This document shows, in pieces, positions 54,697 to 64,000 of a stretch of DNA of 64,000 nucleotides (positions are counted from its first letter, which is position 1; every line of letters starts with the position of its first letter). The stretch covers positions 173,956 through 237,955 of the forward strand of contig JAGXBC010000001.1 in assembly GCA_018971305.1 (NCBI GenBank), read 5' to 3'. The notes below the pieces were generated by a model. It did not search any database. It was not told the DNA's origin and worked only from the letters and a program-made list of their open reading frames with translations. The stretch comes from Patescibacteria group bacterium (GTDB lineage Bacteria; Patescibacteriota; Minisyncoccia; UBA6257; 2-01-FULL-56-20). Position numbers and translations under genes: made by a program.

Positions 54697-56046
54697 TTAT
54701 AAATTGACGCTTTCGCCGAATTTTTCCGGAACGAACGCTTGAACAGCCAGATCATCTACGATTTTCCGGGCCAAGGCGTCGCTTGATTCTTTTTCCCCCT
54801 GCACAACAAAAACTTTTTTTAGGGTTTTCCTCATCGCGGAAATCCATCCCAAAAGATGGGGCTGGTCAGCGTGCGCGGAATAACCAGGAATAACTCTTTT
54901 TTTGCAGCGCACAGCTACTTTTTCTCCAAAAATTTTCACCTCTTCTTTGCCATCTAGAATTTCTCTGCCCAAAGAGCCATGTGCCTGGTAACCGACAAAA
55001 AGAACCATGCTTTTGGGATCGGGGAGATAGCGCATCTCGTGGTGTAAAATACGACCGCCATGAGACATTCCCGAGCCAGCGATAATAACCTTCGGGGACG
55101 GCACGTTATTTATTCCTTTCGATTGCTCGGTGGTCAGGGTTAATCTCAATTCCGGAAAATTTAAAATATCGTCGCCAGATTTTGCCACCGCCAAAGTTTC
55201 TTTATTGAAGCTGCTTTCGTACTTCTTATAAATGGCCGTAAGTTTTATCGCCAGCGGACTGTCAATAAAAACAGGAACGCGCGGAATCCGCCCCTCCGAG
55301 AATAATTGATGCAAATGGAAAAGCAATTCCTGCGTACGCTCCATGGCAAAAGTAGGTATCATAAGCGTGCCTCCGGACTTCACCGTGTCTTCAATCGCAT
55401 CTTCCAACTGTTCCTTTCTTTTGTCGACGCCCTCGTGAATCCTGTCTCCGTAAGTGGATTCCACTAAACAATAATCGGCATCTGTTATCTTCTCCAGGGG
55501 CTGGATGATTGGTGCGGGAGAATTCCCAAGATCTCCGGAAAAAACCACCGACTTGTTCTCGGCCTCAATTTTTATGAATGCGGAACCCAAGATATGCCCG
55601 GCATCATAAAATTCCGCCCGGAACGGCCCTACCTCTACGGCTTCGTGATAGGAGCGTTTCTGCCAAAGTTTCATAACGCTGTTTACATCATCCACATTAT
55701 AAAGCGGCGGTTTTTTCTCGCGCTTCGCTTCGTCGTCCAGAATATGTTCGGAGTCCAAGAGTAGAAGTTCGGCGAAGTCTTTTGTCGCCGGAGTAGAATA
55801 AATCGTTCCGCGAAAACCGTCTTTCCAAAGTTTCGGCAGGCGACCAATGTGGTCTATATGCGAATGGGTTATGAAAACCGCCTTGATTTCTTTGGGATTA
55901 TAGGGAAATGGTTCAAAATTTTGTTTTTCGGCATAATGACTGCCCTGGTGCAAACCACAATCAACAAGGATTCTTTGTCCTCTCGACTCAAGCATGTAAT
56001 TGGAACCGGTCACCTCGCCCACGCCCCCGTAAAAAGTTAGCTTCAT
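54697..56046 (-). CDS. MBL-fold beta-CASP ribonuclease (CPSF/RNase J-like RNA-metabolising hydrolase)
   Basis: HxHxDH motif ITHSHIDHIGRLP. Beta-CASP motifs (D..GHILGS; ...SAHAD). 449 aa. Confidence 0.75.
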   Translation of the reverse strand: MKLTFYGGVGEVTGSNYMLESRGQRILVDCGLHQGSHYAEKQNFEPFPYNPKEIKAVFITHSHIDHIGRLPKLWKDGFRGTIYSTPATKDFAELLLLDSEHILDDEAKREKKPPLYNVDDVNSVMKLWQKRSYHEAVEVGPFRAEFYDAGHILGSAFIKIEAENKSVVFSGDLGNSPAPIIQPLEKITDADYCLVESTYGDRIHEGVDKRKEQLEDAIEDTVKSGGTLMIPTFAMERTQELLFHLHQLFSEGRIPRVPVFIDSPLAIKLTAIYKKYESSFNKETLAVAKSGDDILNFPELRLTLTTEQSKGINNVPSPKVIIAGSGMSHGGRILHHEMRYLPDPKSMVLFVGYQAHGSLGREILDGKEEVKIFGEKVAVRCKKRVIPGYSAHADQPHLLGWISAMRKTLKKVFVVQGEKESSDALARKIVDDLAVQAFVPEKFGESVNL

Positions 56047-56372
56047 AGATATTATTATTGCATATTATCGACGGTTTGCCGATATCCTTTAGCTCGTGCT
56101 AATATAAACCACAGTAAACAGCCATCGCGGAGGGAAACCTTGCTCCAACAGGAAGATGCGACCACAACGGCAGAATCACGAATAGACGAATCGGAAGAAG
56201 CACCCGAGACACTGGATTACGGCGATAACCAGAAAAAACAAAAGCAGCCACGCGACAGGACCAGAATTCAACCGAAGCCAAATCGCGCCCGCCCGTTTGT
56301 GTTCTGCACACAAAGAAAGTAGCGTTGCGAATTAACCGCCTACTTATTTAACCCCAATCAAGGCCCACCCAC

Positions 56373-57662
56373 TCAGGTGCGGCCATTTTTATTTTCATTC
56401 AAGACCTCTTCAAGGATTGCCCTCTCGTTCCAGGGAATTTTTCTGCCGTTCGCAACATGTATCCAATCCTCACTACCCTTGCCGGTGGCAATAATGGTGT
56501 CACCATTACCAGCCAGACCGACAGCCGCCTTGATTGCCTCGCGCCTGTCGGGAATTTCTCTTGTCACAAGCGACTTGCCGTCCGGAATCCCGGATTTTAT
56601 CTCCGATAGAATCTGCCCGGGGTTCTCGTCGTAAGGGTCTTCGTCCGTCAAAAATATCTCGTCACAGAATTCGGCGGCTACTCTTCCCATCTCCGGACGC
56701 TTCCATTTATCGCGTCCTCCACCGGCAGCACCCAGCACACAAATAAACCTGGAACCCTTAACTGCTTCGACTCGCAATGCTTCATAAATCTTACGCAACG
56801 AATCTGGCGTATGGGCATAATCTACTACGACGGAAAATGGTCTCCTTTGCAGGAACTCCGCTCTTCCCTGAACCCCACGGAAATTCAGCAAAGCTTCTTC
56901 TATTATCTTTTCGGGAATCCCCAGACTATGCGCCACTGCAGCCGCCGCAGCAACGTTATCCCTGTTAAAATCGCTTGGTAAAAACTTGGGGGGCTCGGTT
57001 GCTACAGCTAAGCGGGCCGGGTTGAATTTTGGAAAAACCCTTTCGCTTTCCTCCGTCTCCCGGGAAAAAACGATCGGATTGAACTTTGCGAGTTTCTCTA
57101 AAAAAAATCCGGAATTCTCGTCTTCGCTGTTTATAAAAATTCTTCCCCCACGGACGCCGACGTAATTTAAGAATCCAAGTTTGGCCCTTCGATAATTTTT
57201 AAAAGAACCGTGCGACTCTATGTGTTCCGGTGACAGGTTTGTCAGGACGCCGGCGTTCCAATTTATAAATCTGTGGCGATATAAAACCGCCCCCTGGGAA
57301 GTAACTTCAACCAAGGCATATTTACATCCGGCTCTGACTGCGTCCGATAAAAAGCGCTGGATATAAAACCTCCCGGGCATAGTGTTGCCGAAATTACTTT
57401 TCTTGCTCTGCTCGCCCATCTTCACCCGCAGGGAAGACATCAGCGCCGTCTTTTTACCTGCGGCTTCTAAAATCGCGTTCAGAAGTTCCAGCGTTGTTGT
57501 TTTTCCTTTAGTCCCCGTGACACCGATGACAAAAATTATCTTACCGGGAAAACCGTAGAACAAGGCAGCGCAAACTGCCCAAAGAAAATGGTACAGAGAT
57601 ACTAATCCCGGTACGCGATAGAGAGCCCTAATTAAAGGGAAACGTTTTATTTTGTCCAGCAC
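56373..57662 (-). CDS. MurE-like Mur ligase lacking the N-terminal domain, with N-terminal hydrophobic segment
   Basis: P-loop VIGVTGTKGKTTTLELL. DYAHTPDSL motif. C-terminal Mur-ligase domain (IIATGKGSE). The ATP-binding domain starts at about aa 45. Confidence 0.6.
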   Translation of the reverse strand: MLDKIKRFPLIRALYRVPGLVSLYHFLWAVCAALFYGFPGKIIFVIGVTGTKGKTTTLELLNAILEAAGKKTALMSSLRVKMGEQSKKSNFGNTMPGRFYIQRFLSDAVRAGCKYALVEVTSQGAVLYRHRFINWNAGVLTNLSPEHIESHGSFKNYRRAKLGFLNYVGVRGGRIFINSEDENSGFFLEKLAKFNPIVFSRETEESERVFPKFNPARLAVATEPPKFLPSDFNRDNVAAAAAVAHSLGIPEKIIEEALLNFRGVQGRAEFLQRRPFSVVVDYAHTPDSLRKIYEALRVEAVKGSRFICVLGAAGGGRDKWKRPEMGRVAAEFCDEIFLTDEDPYDENPGQILSEIKSGIPDGKSLVTREIPDRREAIKAAVGLAGNGDTIIATGKGSEDWIHVANGRKIPWNERAILEEVLNENKNGRT

Positions 57663-57686
57663 GTTGATTCTTGCTTTCTCAATTAA

Positions 57687-58265
57687 TTATTTACCGCCCA
57701 AAATACTAAGCGCCTCTTTGAGCCGTGCTTCCAAGCCGACAACCTTTTCGCCAACTTTAGATAAAGCTGCTTTGGCGACGTCCCGCTTGTAACCCAAGCT
57801 TACGAGCGTTTCCACTAAATCCGAATCTGATTCCATTTTTTGAACAACAGCACCGGATTCTTTTGCTTGGACCTTGCTTTTTAAATCCAAAATTATCCGC
57901 TCGGCGGTTTTGCGGCCGATGCCCGATGCACGCGTCAAAAGGTCGGGCCGATTTTCTTTTATGGCCGCTGATAAATTTTTAATTTCTGCTATCTCCAGTA
58001 CGGATAATGCCGACTTCGGTCCAACGCCAGATACTGAAATTAAAAGTTCAAAAAAACCGAGCTCAACTTCATCTAAAAATCCGTATAGCTCCAAACCATC
58101 CTCGCGCATATGGAGATGGCAAAAAAACTTAACTTCGCCTCCGAGGGGGGGAAGTTTCCCTAAATTCCGCGCGTTGGTAAAAATCTTCAATCCCAAACCG
58201 GCAGCGTCAACCACCGCAAACTGTCCGCTCTTTGCCGTTAATTTTCCCGACAAGCTGTAAATCAT
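57687..58265 (-). CDS. ruvA: Holliday junction DNA helicase RuvA
   Basis: 192 aa. OB domain, HhH motifs (LISVSGVGPKSALSVL; LTRASGIGRKTAERI). C-terminal domain III. Confidence 0.9.
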   Translation of the reverse strand: MIYSLSGKLTAKSGQFAVVDAAGLGLKIFTNARNLGKLPPLGGEVKFFCHLHMREDGLELYGFLDEVELGFFELLISVSGVGPKSALSVLEIAEIKNLSAAIKENRPDLLTRASGIGRKTAERIILDLKSKVQAKESGAVVQKMESDSDLVETLVSLGYKRDVAKAALSKVGEKVVGLEARLKEALSILGGK

Positions 58266-58394
58266 CCTTATAATTATAAGTTAACGAGGCCGAAAGTTCA
58301 TCTGCGGTATTTTTCTTAAAACCCTTGACACCGATAGGAAATCTGAGCCATTCTTTAACCAGGATTAATATTTAAATACCGTACGGAGGCATGC

Positions 58395-59045
58395 ATGAAA
58401 GACGGACAGATAGGCGAATTCCTAAAACAACGGTGCCGGGAGGAACAATTGCGGCGTGCATTTGCAGATACTTATAGGCAAATCGGCATTGATCTGCTGG
58501 ATAAGTATATGAGCGCCAATATGGACGACCCAACGAAAGAATTGCTCAAAAACACCAATGATGCTTTAGGCAGAATGATTTTATTTTCTGGGAATAATAG
58601 TGGCAGGATAATGCAGGTAGACAAGAGAACGCTACTCGACCTTCTCTTTATCTACAAAACGTACAAAGAAGTGTATCAATATTTTTTTGATACGTACGAA
58701 ACCCTGCCGAACAACGTCATCAGGAAAAAGTGGGGCAGAGCGAGCATGGAACAAGTGGCTAAGTTCGCAGAATCTCGCCTTGAAACATTACAGGCAGATC
58801 TGAAAGATATGGAATCAATAATTTCCGCGACTATTTATATTGATGGGGAAACGATGGAAGAAATGCAGGCATCTTTAACCTGGTTATACTACACAGTATT
58901 CGGAGAAAACGACGAAAATGCCTTCATTAGTACATTCCGTCGGCAAATGATTATTTTGAACAGCGAGGTGGTTCAAGTCGCTGCCAAACAAAGAATTTTA
59001 ACTGCCGAACTTCTCGGCGGTGGTCCCAAGATAGGCAACGCCTAG
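58395..59045 (+). CDS. hypothetical cytoplasmic protein
   Basis: 216-aa ORF with GGAGG SD. Terminator GTGACCGTT-AAAAA-ACGGTCAC+T-rich at 59058-59090. Confidence 0.45.
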   Translation: MKDGQIGEFLKQRCREEQLRRAFADTYRQIGIDLLDKYMSANMDDPTKELLKNTNDALGRMILFSGNNSGRIMQVDKRTLLDLLFIYKTYKEVYQYFFDTYETLPNNVIRKKWGRASMEQVAKFAESRLETLQADLKDMESIISATIYIDGETMEEMQASLTWLYYTVFGENDENAFISTFRRQMIILNSEVVQVAAKQRILTAELLGGGPKIGNA

Positions 59046-59154
59046 ATTATTAAGTGTGTGACCGTTAAAAAACGGTCACATTTATTTTGGGCTTGCAATT
59101 TTCCATTATATCCATATACTATATTCTGTATTCTAAATTATATATTTTAAACCA

Positions 59155-59409
59155 ATGCCAATTACAGCCTCAGCGAAAAAGGCCTGGCGCCAGTCAAAAA
59201 CCAGGCGCGTCAAAAATCTCGTAAAGAAAGAGGTTTATAAAAAACTCGTAAGCCGATATAGAAAGTTTGTAACGGGCAAAAACATTGAGGAGGCGAAAAA
59301 AATCCTGCCCGCAACTTATAAAGCCCTTGATAAGGCGGCGAAGGCTAATATTATTTCTAAGAACAAGGCCAATAGATTGAAATCGCGTCTTACAAAACTA
59401 GCTAAATAA
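59155..59409 (+). CDS. rpsT: 30S ribosomal protein S20
   Basis: MPITASAKKAWRQSKTRRVKN...IISKNKANRLKSRL. 84 aa. Confidence 0.9.
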   Translation: MPITASAKKAWRQSKTRRVKNLVKKEVYKKLVSRYRKFVTGKNIEEAKKILPATYKALDKAAKANIISKNKANRLKSRLTKLAK

Positions 59410-59490
59410 AATAATGAACGGCTGCCGTAGTGGACGGCCGTTTTTTATATAGGATTTATTATCGCGCTTACGGCAAAACAAAGCCAAGAC

Positions 59491-60282
59491 TCAACCGATT
59501 ACCAAATCAACCAGAGCTTCTTCATAATCCATTTTTCCGGACTTAACTTTCAAATCGTATTCCGCCATTCTTGGAATTTTTTCATGCCATTGCGAAGCAA
59601 GAATGTTAAAAATCTTCGCCGGTGGATCTCCTATTGCCAAAATCTTCTCCAGAGCAGCAAGCCTGTTTGCCACGCTGGCGCCCTTGAGGCCGCTTATAAT
59701 AAACCAGTAGTTCGGAGCTACTTCTAGGTCAAGATTTTTAAAATCTTTCACGTCCACTTCCCCCTTCTGCATATTACTGATTTTCTGGAGTTCTGTTATG
59801 AGTCCCCAGGTATTTTCCCGATAAGCATCAGCTAAAAATTGAGCAGCGGGACCAGTAAGCGATAAACCGATATTTTGGGCCTCTTTTTTCACATAAGTTT
59901 CCCATTCATATCCAGTTAAATGGACGAATTCTTCAACTTTTGCCTGCTGTTCTAAAAGAAAGGCGAATGCCCGGCGCGGTGCCTTGCGTTCAGAAAATAA
60001 AAACGCTGTGGTTCTCTCTAAAACAAGCGGCGGAAATTCCTTAATGAAATACTTTTCGTTTTTCTCGTTTAATTCGCTTAGGTTTTCAACTATAATCAGC
60101 TTCTTGGGCTCAAAAAGCGACTCGCTCCGCGCGAATGATTTCAGTTCCTCTGGTGCAGCGGAATCTTCCAAATCAAAAATACCCAGGCTCAGGTTAGAGT
60201 ATTTTTTTTTGAATTCATTTACATACCATCTCTTCCTTTCTCCCCGGCGATAATCGTCCGGACCGTATAAGAAAATAATCAT
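59491..60282 (-). CDS. holA: DNA polymerase III delta subunit
   Basis: The N-terminus MIIFLYGPDDYRRGER has the delta-subunit pattern (hhhhYG.D.). 263 aa. Confidence 0.65.
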   Translation of the reverse strand: MIIFLYGPDDYRRGERKRWYVNEFKKKYSNLSLGIFDLEDSAAPEELKSFARSESLFEPKKLIIVENLSELNEKNEKYFIKEFPPLVLERTTAFLFSERKAPRRAFAFLLEQQAKVEEFVHLTGYEWETYVKKEAQNIGLSLTGPAAQFLADAYRENTWGLITELQKISNMQKGEVDVKDFKNLDLEVAPNYWFIISGLKGASVANRLAALEKILAIGDPPAKIFNILASQWHEKIPRMAEYDLKVKSGKMDYEEALVDLVIG

Positions 60283-60287
60283 TATTG

Positions 60288-61949
60288 TTATATTCTCGGC
60301 TTCGTTTTATATTTTGCGGCAGCCTTGATAAATTCCACAAATAAGGGGTGAGGAGATAATGGGCGCGATTTAAGCTCCGGATGGAACTGCGTTCCCAAAA
60401 AAAACGGGTGTTGTTCGCGCGACAATTCTGCTATTTCCATCAGACGGCCGTCGGGAGAATGGCCGGAAAATTCCAGGCCACTTTTTTCCAGTTTAACTAT
60501 ATAATCTGGATTTACTTCGTAGCGGTGCCGATGGCGCTCTGAAATCTTATTTGTACCGTAGGCGCCGATCGCAATTGTTTTCTTATCCAGAATGGCCGGA
60601 TAAGCCCCAAGACGCATTGTCCCACCATAATTTTTTTCGGCCATCAGCTTTTTCTGCTCCGGAAGAATATCAATAATTGGGTGTTTTGTTTTAGGGTCGA
60701 TCTCGGTCGTATTAGCATCTTTTAATTTCAGGACATTGCGCGCGAACTCCACGACTGCCAATTGCATTCCATAGCAGAGACCAAAGTACGGGATTTTGTG
60801 CTCGCGGCAATACTCTATTACTTTTAGCTTTCCTTTGATGCCACGGCTGCCAAAACCTCCGGGCACAATAATTCCATTATAATCACCCAACTTTTTAAGT
60901 TCGCCGGCGCCTTTTTCAAACTTTCCTGCGTCCAACCACTCTATTTCCGGATTACATTTTAAAGCTGCGGAGGCGTGTTTAACGGCCTCAATCACAGAAA
61001 TATAAGAATCGGTTAAGACAAAATTCCCGGATTCAAAATACTTTCCCACAATACCGATTTTCAAAGTTCTTTTGGCATTCCGCATAGCCGAAACAAGCCG
61101 CCTCCATTGCTTCAAATCCCTGTGTCCGAATCTTAACGAAAGTTTGCCCAATATTCTGTCCCCCAAGTTATCTTTTTCAAAGTTGATTGGCACTTCATAA
61201 ATATTTTTAACATCCGGAGCGGAAATAACATTTCCATGGTCAAGACTGCACATGAATTCTATTTTGTCTTTTCTTTTTTTATCCAGAGGAACTGGCGCCC
61301 TGGCTAAAATAACATCCGGATGTAAACCCACCGAATTCAAACTTCTCACGGCGTGCTGAGTCGGTTTGGTTTTTAGTTCCGTGCCCCCGGCCCCGAGTGC
61401 CGGCAAAAAACTCACAAGAACCAAGGCCACGTTGTGAGGATATTTTAGTTTAAGCATCCTGATCGCTTCCAAAAAAAGTATGTTCTCGTATTCACCGACC
61501 GTTCCCCCCACTTCCGTAATCACGATTTCGGCATTATTTTGAGAAGCAGCTGTGTTTATTCTATCTATAACCTCTAACGGTATGCGCGGGACGACTTCCA
61601 CCTGCTTGCCGCCGTATCCCAAGTTGCGCTCACGGGTGATAACAGACAAATAAATACTGCCGGTTGTCATATAATTGGCACGCGTAAGATCCCGATTTAA
61701 AAATCTTTCGTAATTACCCATATCCTGATCGCACTCCGTACCATCATCCAAAACAAAAACCTCGCCGTGCTCTGTCGGATTCATCGTTCCGGCATCAACG
61801 TTCACGTAGGGGTCTATCTTTATGGCAGTAACTTTAAAACCCCGCGACTGCAAAATTTTTCCGATAGAAGCCGACGCCACGCCCTTGCCTACTCCGGACA
61901 TCACTCCGCCGACAACGAAAACATATTTAGGATTTTTTATTTTTGGCAT
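60288..61949 (-). CDS. pyrG: CTP synthase
   Basis: 553 aa. N-terminal synthetase domain (VFVVGGVMSGVGKGV). C-terminal glutamine amidotransferase (GLCYGMQ; HPEL). Confidence 0.95.
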   Translation of the reverse strand: MPKIKNPKYVFVVGGVMSGVGKGVASASIGKILQSRGFKVTAIKIDPYVNVDAGTMNPTEHGEVFVLDDGTECDQDMGNYERFLNRDLTRANYMTTGSIYLSVITRERNLGYGGKQVEVVPRIPLEVIDRINTAASQNNAEIVITEVGGTVGEYENILFLEAIRMLKLKYPHNVALVLVSFLPALGAGGTELKTKPTQHAVRSLNSVGLHPDVILARAPVPLDKKRKDKIEFMCSLDHGNVISAPDVKNIYEVPINFEKDNLGDRILGKLSLRFGHRDLKQWRRLVSAMRNAKRTLKIGIVGKYFESGNFVLTDSYISVIEAVKHASAALKCNPEIEWLDAGKFEKGAGELKKLGDYNGIIVPGGFGSRGIKGKLKVIEYCREHKIPYFGLCYGMQLAVVEFARNVLKLKDANTTEIDPKTKHPIIDILPEQKKLMAEKNYGGTMRLGAYPAILDKKTIAIGAYGTNKISERHRHRYEVNPDYIVKLEKSGLEFSGHSPDGRLMEIAELSREQHPFFLGTQFHPELKSRPLSPHPLFVEFIKAAAKYKTKPRI

Positions 61950-62743
61950 TTGCTACAGAAAAAAGACGAGCGCCCGCCCACCTTTATTCTCTTTATTTTA
62001 ACACCACAACGAAAACATTTCTCGCCCTCCCGGCCATAGACAGTATGTGATTCCTGATAACCGCCGGATGAGCCGTCTACCCTCTTATAATCACGGAGGG
62101 TGGAACCGCCTTGTTTGATAGCCTCCCGCAAAATCTTCTTTATCGCAGCCACAAGCCGGGCCGCCTCCGTTTTATTTAAGCTACCAGCCTTTCTCAACGG
62201 CTTTATTTTGGCTAGCCATAACGATTCATCCGCATAAATATTGCCTATACCAGCAACCAAGTGCTGATCCAAAAGTGCCAATTTTATAGCACGGGAAGAA
62301 TTTTTGAACGCCGCCATCAGGAAGGCAACGTTAAAACCGGAGGACAACGGCTCAATCCCGAGTCGCGGCAACAATTCCTTGTTCTTTAGCCAATTGATAG
62401 TTCCGAAACGTCGTACGTCCACGAAGCGCAGAATTGAGCCATCGTGAAAATGAAAACGGGCCCGTTCGTGTTTGCCGATATCCTTACCATTGTTGTTCGA
62501 AGCCTGATCGTCAAAAAGTAATTCCCCCGTCATACGAAGATGCACAATACAGCGCATCCCCTTGTCTGTTTCGCAGACGATATATTTTCCCCGCCTGCCA
62601 ACCGATACAAAACTCAAGGGCAGAGAAAGGCGCGGTTTTGAAATTCTTTTCTTATCCGAAATAGAAAAGCGGCGCAGTTTTTTTCCTAAAACCCTGCGCC
62701 GTAAACCGCGAACAATTGTTTCTACCTCAGGAAGTTCTGGCAT
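61937..62743 (-). CDS. mutM: formamidopyrimidine-DNA glycosylase (Fpg/MutM)
   Basis: MPELPEVETIVRGL N-terminus with catalytic Pro2/Glu3. H2TH motif. C-terminal zinc finger CFRCGVKIKRIKVGGRSSFFCSKCQ. Confidence 0.95.
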   Translation of the reverse strand: MPELPEVETIVRGLRRRVLGKKLRRFSISDKKRISKPRLSLPLSFVSVGRRGKYIVCETDKGMRCIVHLRMTGELLFDDQASNNNGKDIGKHERARFHFHDGSILRFVDVRRFGTINWLKNKELLPRLGIEPLSSGFNVAFLMAAFKNSSRAIKLALLDQHLVAGIGNIYADESLWLAKIKPLRKAGSLNKTEAARLVAAIKKILREAIKQGGSTLRDYKRVDGSSGGYQESHTVYGREGEKCFRCGVKIKRIKVGGRSSFFCSKCQK

Positions 62744-62761
62744 TATGAAAATTTAACAAAA

Positions 62762-63994
62762 TCATTCTTCCAGCGCCATCTCGTGCTGCGGCACAGAATT
62801 AATATCTGTAGCGATAGTAAAATGGAAAACGCTGCCGCGTCCCGGCTCGGAATCCACCCAGATTTTGCCGCCATGAGCCTGCACGATATTTTTCACAATA
62901 TACAAACCCAAGCCGGTACCCTCCGTTTGCGTCTTAACGGCGTTACTTGCCCTGTAAAACTTTTTGAAAAGATTGTCTATGTCAGCAGGAGCGATGCCGA
63001 TACCAGTATCTTTAACGCTAATTTCGAGGAACGGCCCGTCGGAAACCTTTTCCACCCTGACAATAACTTCTCCGTTCTCCGTATTGTAGCGAACTGAGTT
63101 CTCAATAAGATTATCCAGGGCACGAGATAATTTCGTCCGATCGATAAATGGCTGAGGTAGATCGTTTTTAGGTTTTTCGAAATATATCTTTATTCCCGCG
63201 CGCTCGGACATCGGCATAACGGTTCCGAGAACTTCATTAATGAACTGCACAATATCTACTTGTTCAAACTTATAGCCAAAATGTCCCTCTTCTATCTTCG
63301 CTACATCCAATAAATCCTCCACAACTTGGAAAAGGTTGCGCCCCGCCGTTAGTGCGGTTTCCACTATAGTTTTGGCGTTTTCGTTCAAACTCTCGTCACT
63401 AGCCAATGATTGTAAGGCCCAATTAATATCGGTTACCGGCGTACGTAACTGATGAGACGCAACGGTCAAAAATTCCCCCTTGGATTTTATAAGTGATATT
63501 TCCCTGGTGCGATCGCGGATTATTTTCATAAAACCGAGAAGTTCGTTCAGTTCTCCGCGGACAGGAATCGTCGAAACCCTCAGCTCCAGTTCGGGGTCGG
63601 TAAAGGATATATCAACAATTTGCGGGTACTCACCCACGCGCGAACGGCTGATAACCGTAGGCGCGAGCGACGAGAAAATAACCTGAGCCAAAAGTTTTTT
63701 GGATTCATTGCCCACATCCTGGGGCTGGAACTTCTGCCCAACGATATCCTCCGACTTCGTTTTAAATAAATTCTCAGCCGCCGGATTAAAAAATAAAATA
63801 TTGAAGTCGTGGTCGTAAACAACAAGGGCGTCGTCCAGGCCAAGCAATATATTCGCGAGTTCGCTTTTTTCCAGGCGGCCGGCGCGCTCACTTTTCGCGG
63901 CTCTATATATAAGGGCAAATGAAATCCCTCCGGTAACCATAAGCAGTCCGCCCTCGATAAACGCCACAAGTGCCGGCAAGAATATAAAACCCAA
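62762..63994 (-). CDS. sensor histidine kinase (TM + PAS-like + HisKA + HATPase_c)
   Basis: H-box ASHQLRTPVTDINWAL. N-box LDNLIENSVRYN. G-boxes DTGIGI and GTGLGLYIVKNIVQAHGGKIWV. Confidence 0.9.
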   Translation of the reverse strand: MGFIFLPALVAFIEGGLLMVTGGISFALIYRAAKSERAGRLEKSELANILLGLDDALVVYDHDFNILFFNPAAENLFKTKSEDIVGQKFQPQDVGNESKKLLAQVIFSSLAPTVISRSRVGEYPQIVDISFTDPELELRVSTIPVRGELNELLGFMKIIRDRTREISLIKSKGEFLTVASHQLRTPVTDINWALQSLASDESLNENAKTIVETALTAGRNLFQVVEDLLDVAKIEEGHFGYKFEQVDIVQFINEVLGTVMPMSERAGIKIYFEKPKNDLPQPFIDRTKLSRALDNLIENSVRYNTENGEVIVRVEKVSDGPFLEISVKDTGIGIAPADIDNLFKKFYRASNAVKTQTEGTGLGLYIVKNIVQAHGGKIWVDSEPGRGSVFHFTIATDINSVPQHEMALEE

Positions 63995-64000
63995 TATGAA

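Noticed and set aside
56099-56322. 60-70-aa ORFs in the 326-bp spacer
   Set aside because: Low-complexity, no RBS, overlapping each other on opposite strands.
1-64000. CRISPR arrays, IS elements/transposases, rRNA, alternative genetic code
   Set aside because: No regularly spaced direct repeats, no transposase-like ORF and no rRNA-like conserved stretches were seen. Conserved genes terminate at TGA/TAA/TAG with normal lengths, so the standard code 11 fits.

Overview
This is a 64 kb, gene-dense window of bacterial chromosome with about 90% coding and mostly short intergenic spacers. The standard genetic code is in use (for example recA ends at TGA with a normal length). Most of the window is housekeeping. 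Conserved genes I recognise are clpB, an HtrA-family protease, a cysteine desulfurase, ftsK, recA, gpmI, secG, rnj, trpS, ileS, argS, smpB, the infC-rpmI-rplT operon, a PolX polymerase, a family-4 UDG, hup, ruvA, rpsT, holA, pyrG and fpg. Interspersed are many small or hypothetical membrane proteins and a 1131-aa secreted serine/threonine-rich surface protein. The gene content and architecture suggest a small-genome Patescibacteria/CPR-like organism, but that is inference only. RNA genes found are tRNA-Leu(CAG), tRNA-Arg(CCG) and a tmRNA (ssrA) that carries the G3.U wobble pair and a recognisable tag reading frame. No CRISPR array, rRNA or IS element was seen. Five things stand out. (1) A complete diversity-generating retroelement at 33.1-35.6 kb. 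Its parts are a DGR-type reverse transcriptase, an Avd-like four-helix-bundle gene on the opposite strand preceded by a C11 homopolymer and lacking a canonical start, and a 127-nt template repeat. The matching variable repeat at the C-terminus of a 206-aa target protein differs almost only at template adenines, and a UUCG-looped hairpin follows it. (2) The isoleucyl-tRNA synthetase carries a roughly 230-aa insertion containing an intact-looking histidine-phosphatase (PGAM-like) domain between its two zinc-knuckle Cys pairs. (3) A membrane-anchored ClpB/ClpC-like AAA+ protein has a degenerate first ATPase domain. (4) A phosphoglucomutase/phosphomannomutase gene is split by a frameshift in an A6 run. 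(5) A roughly 130-nt nested inverted-repeat element lies between ftsK and a RodZ-like gene.
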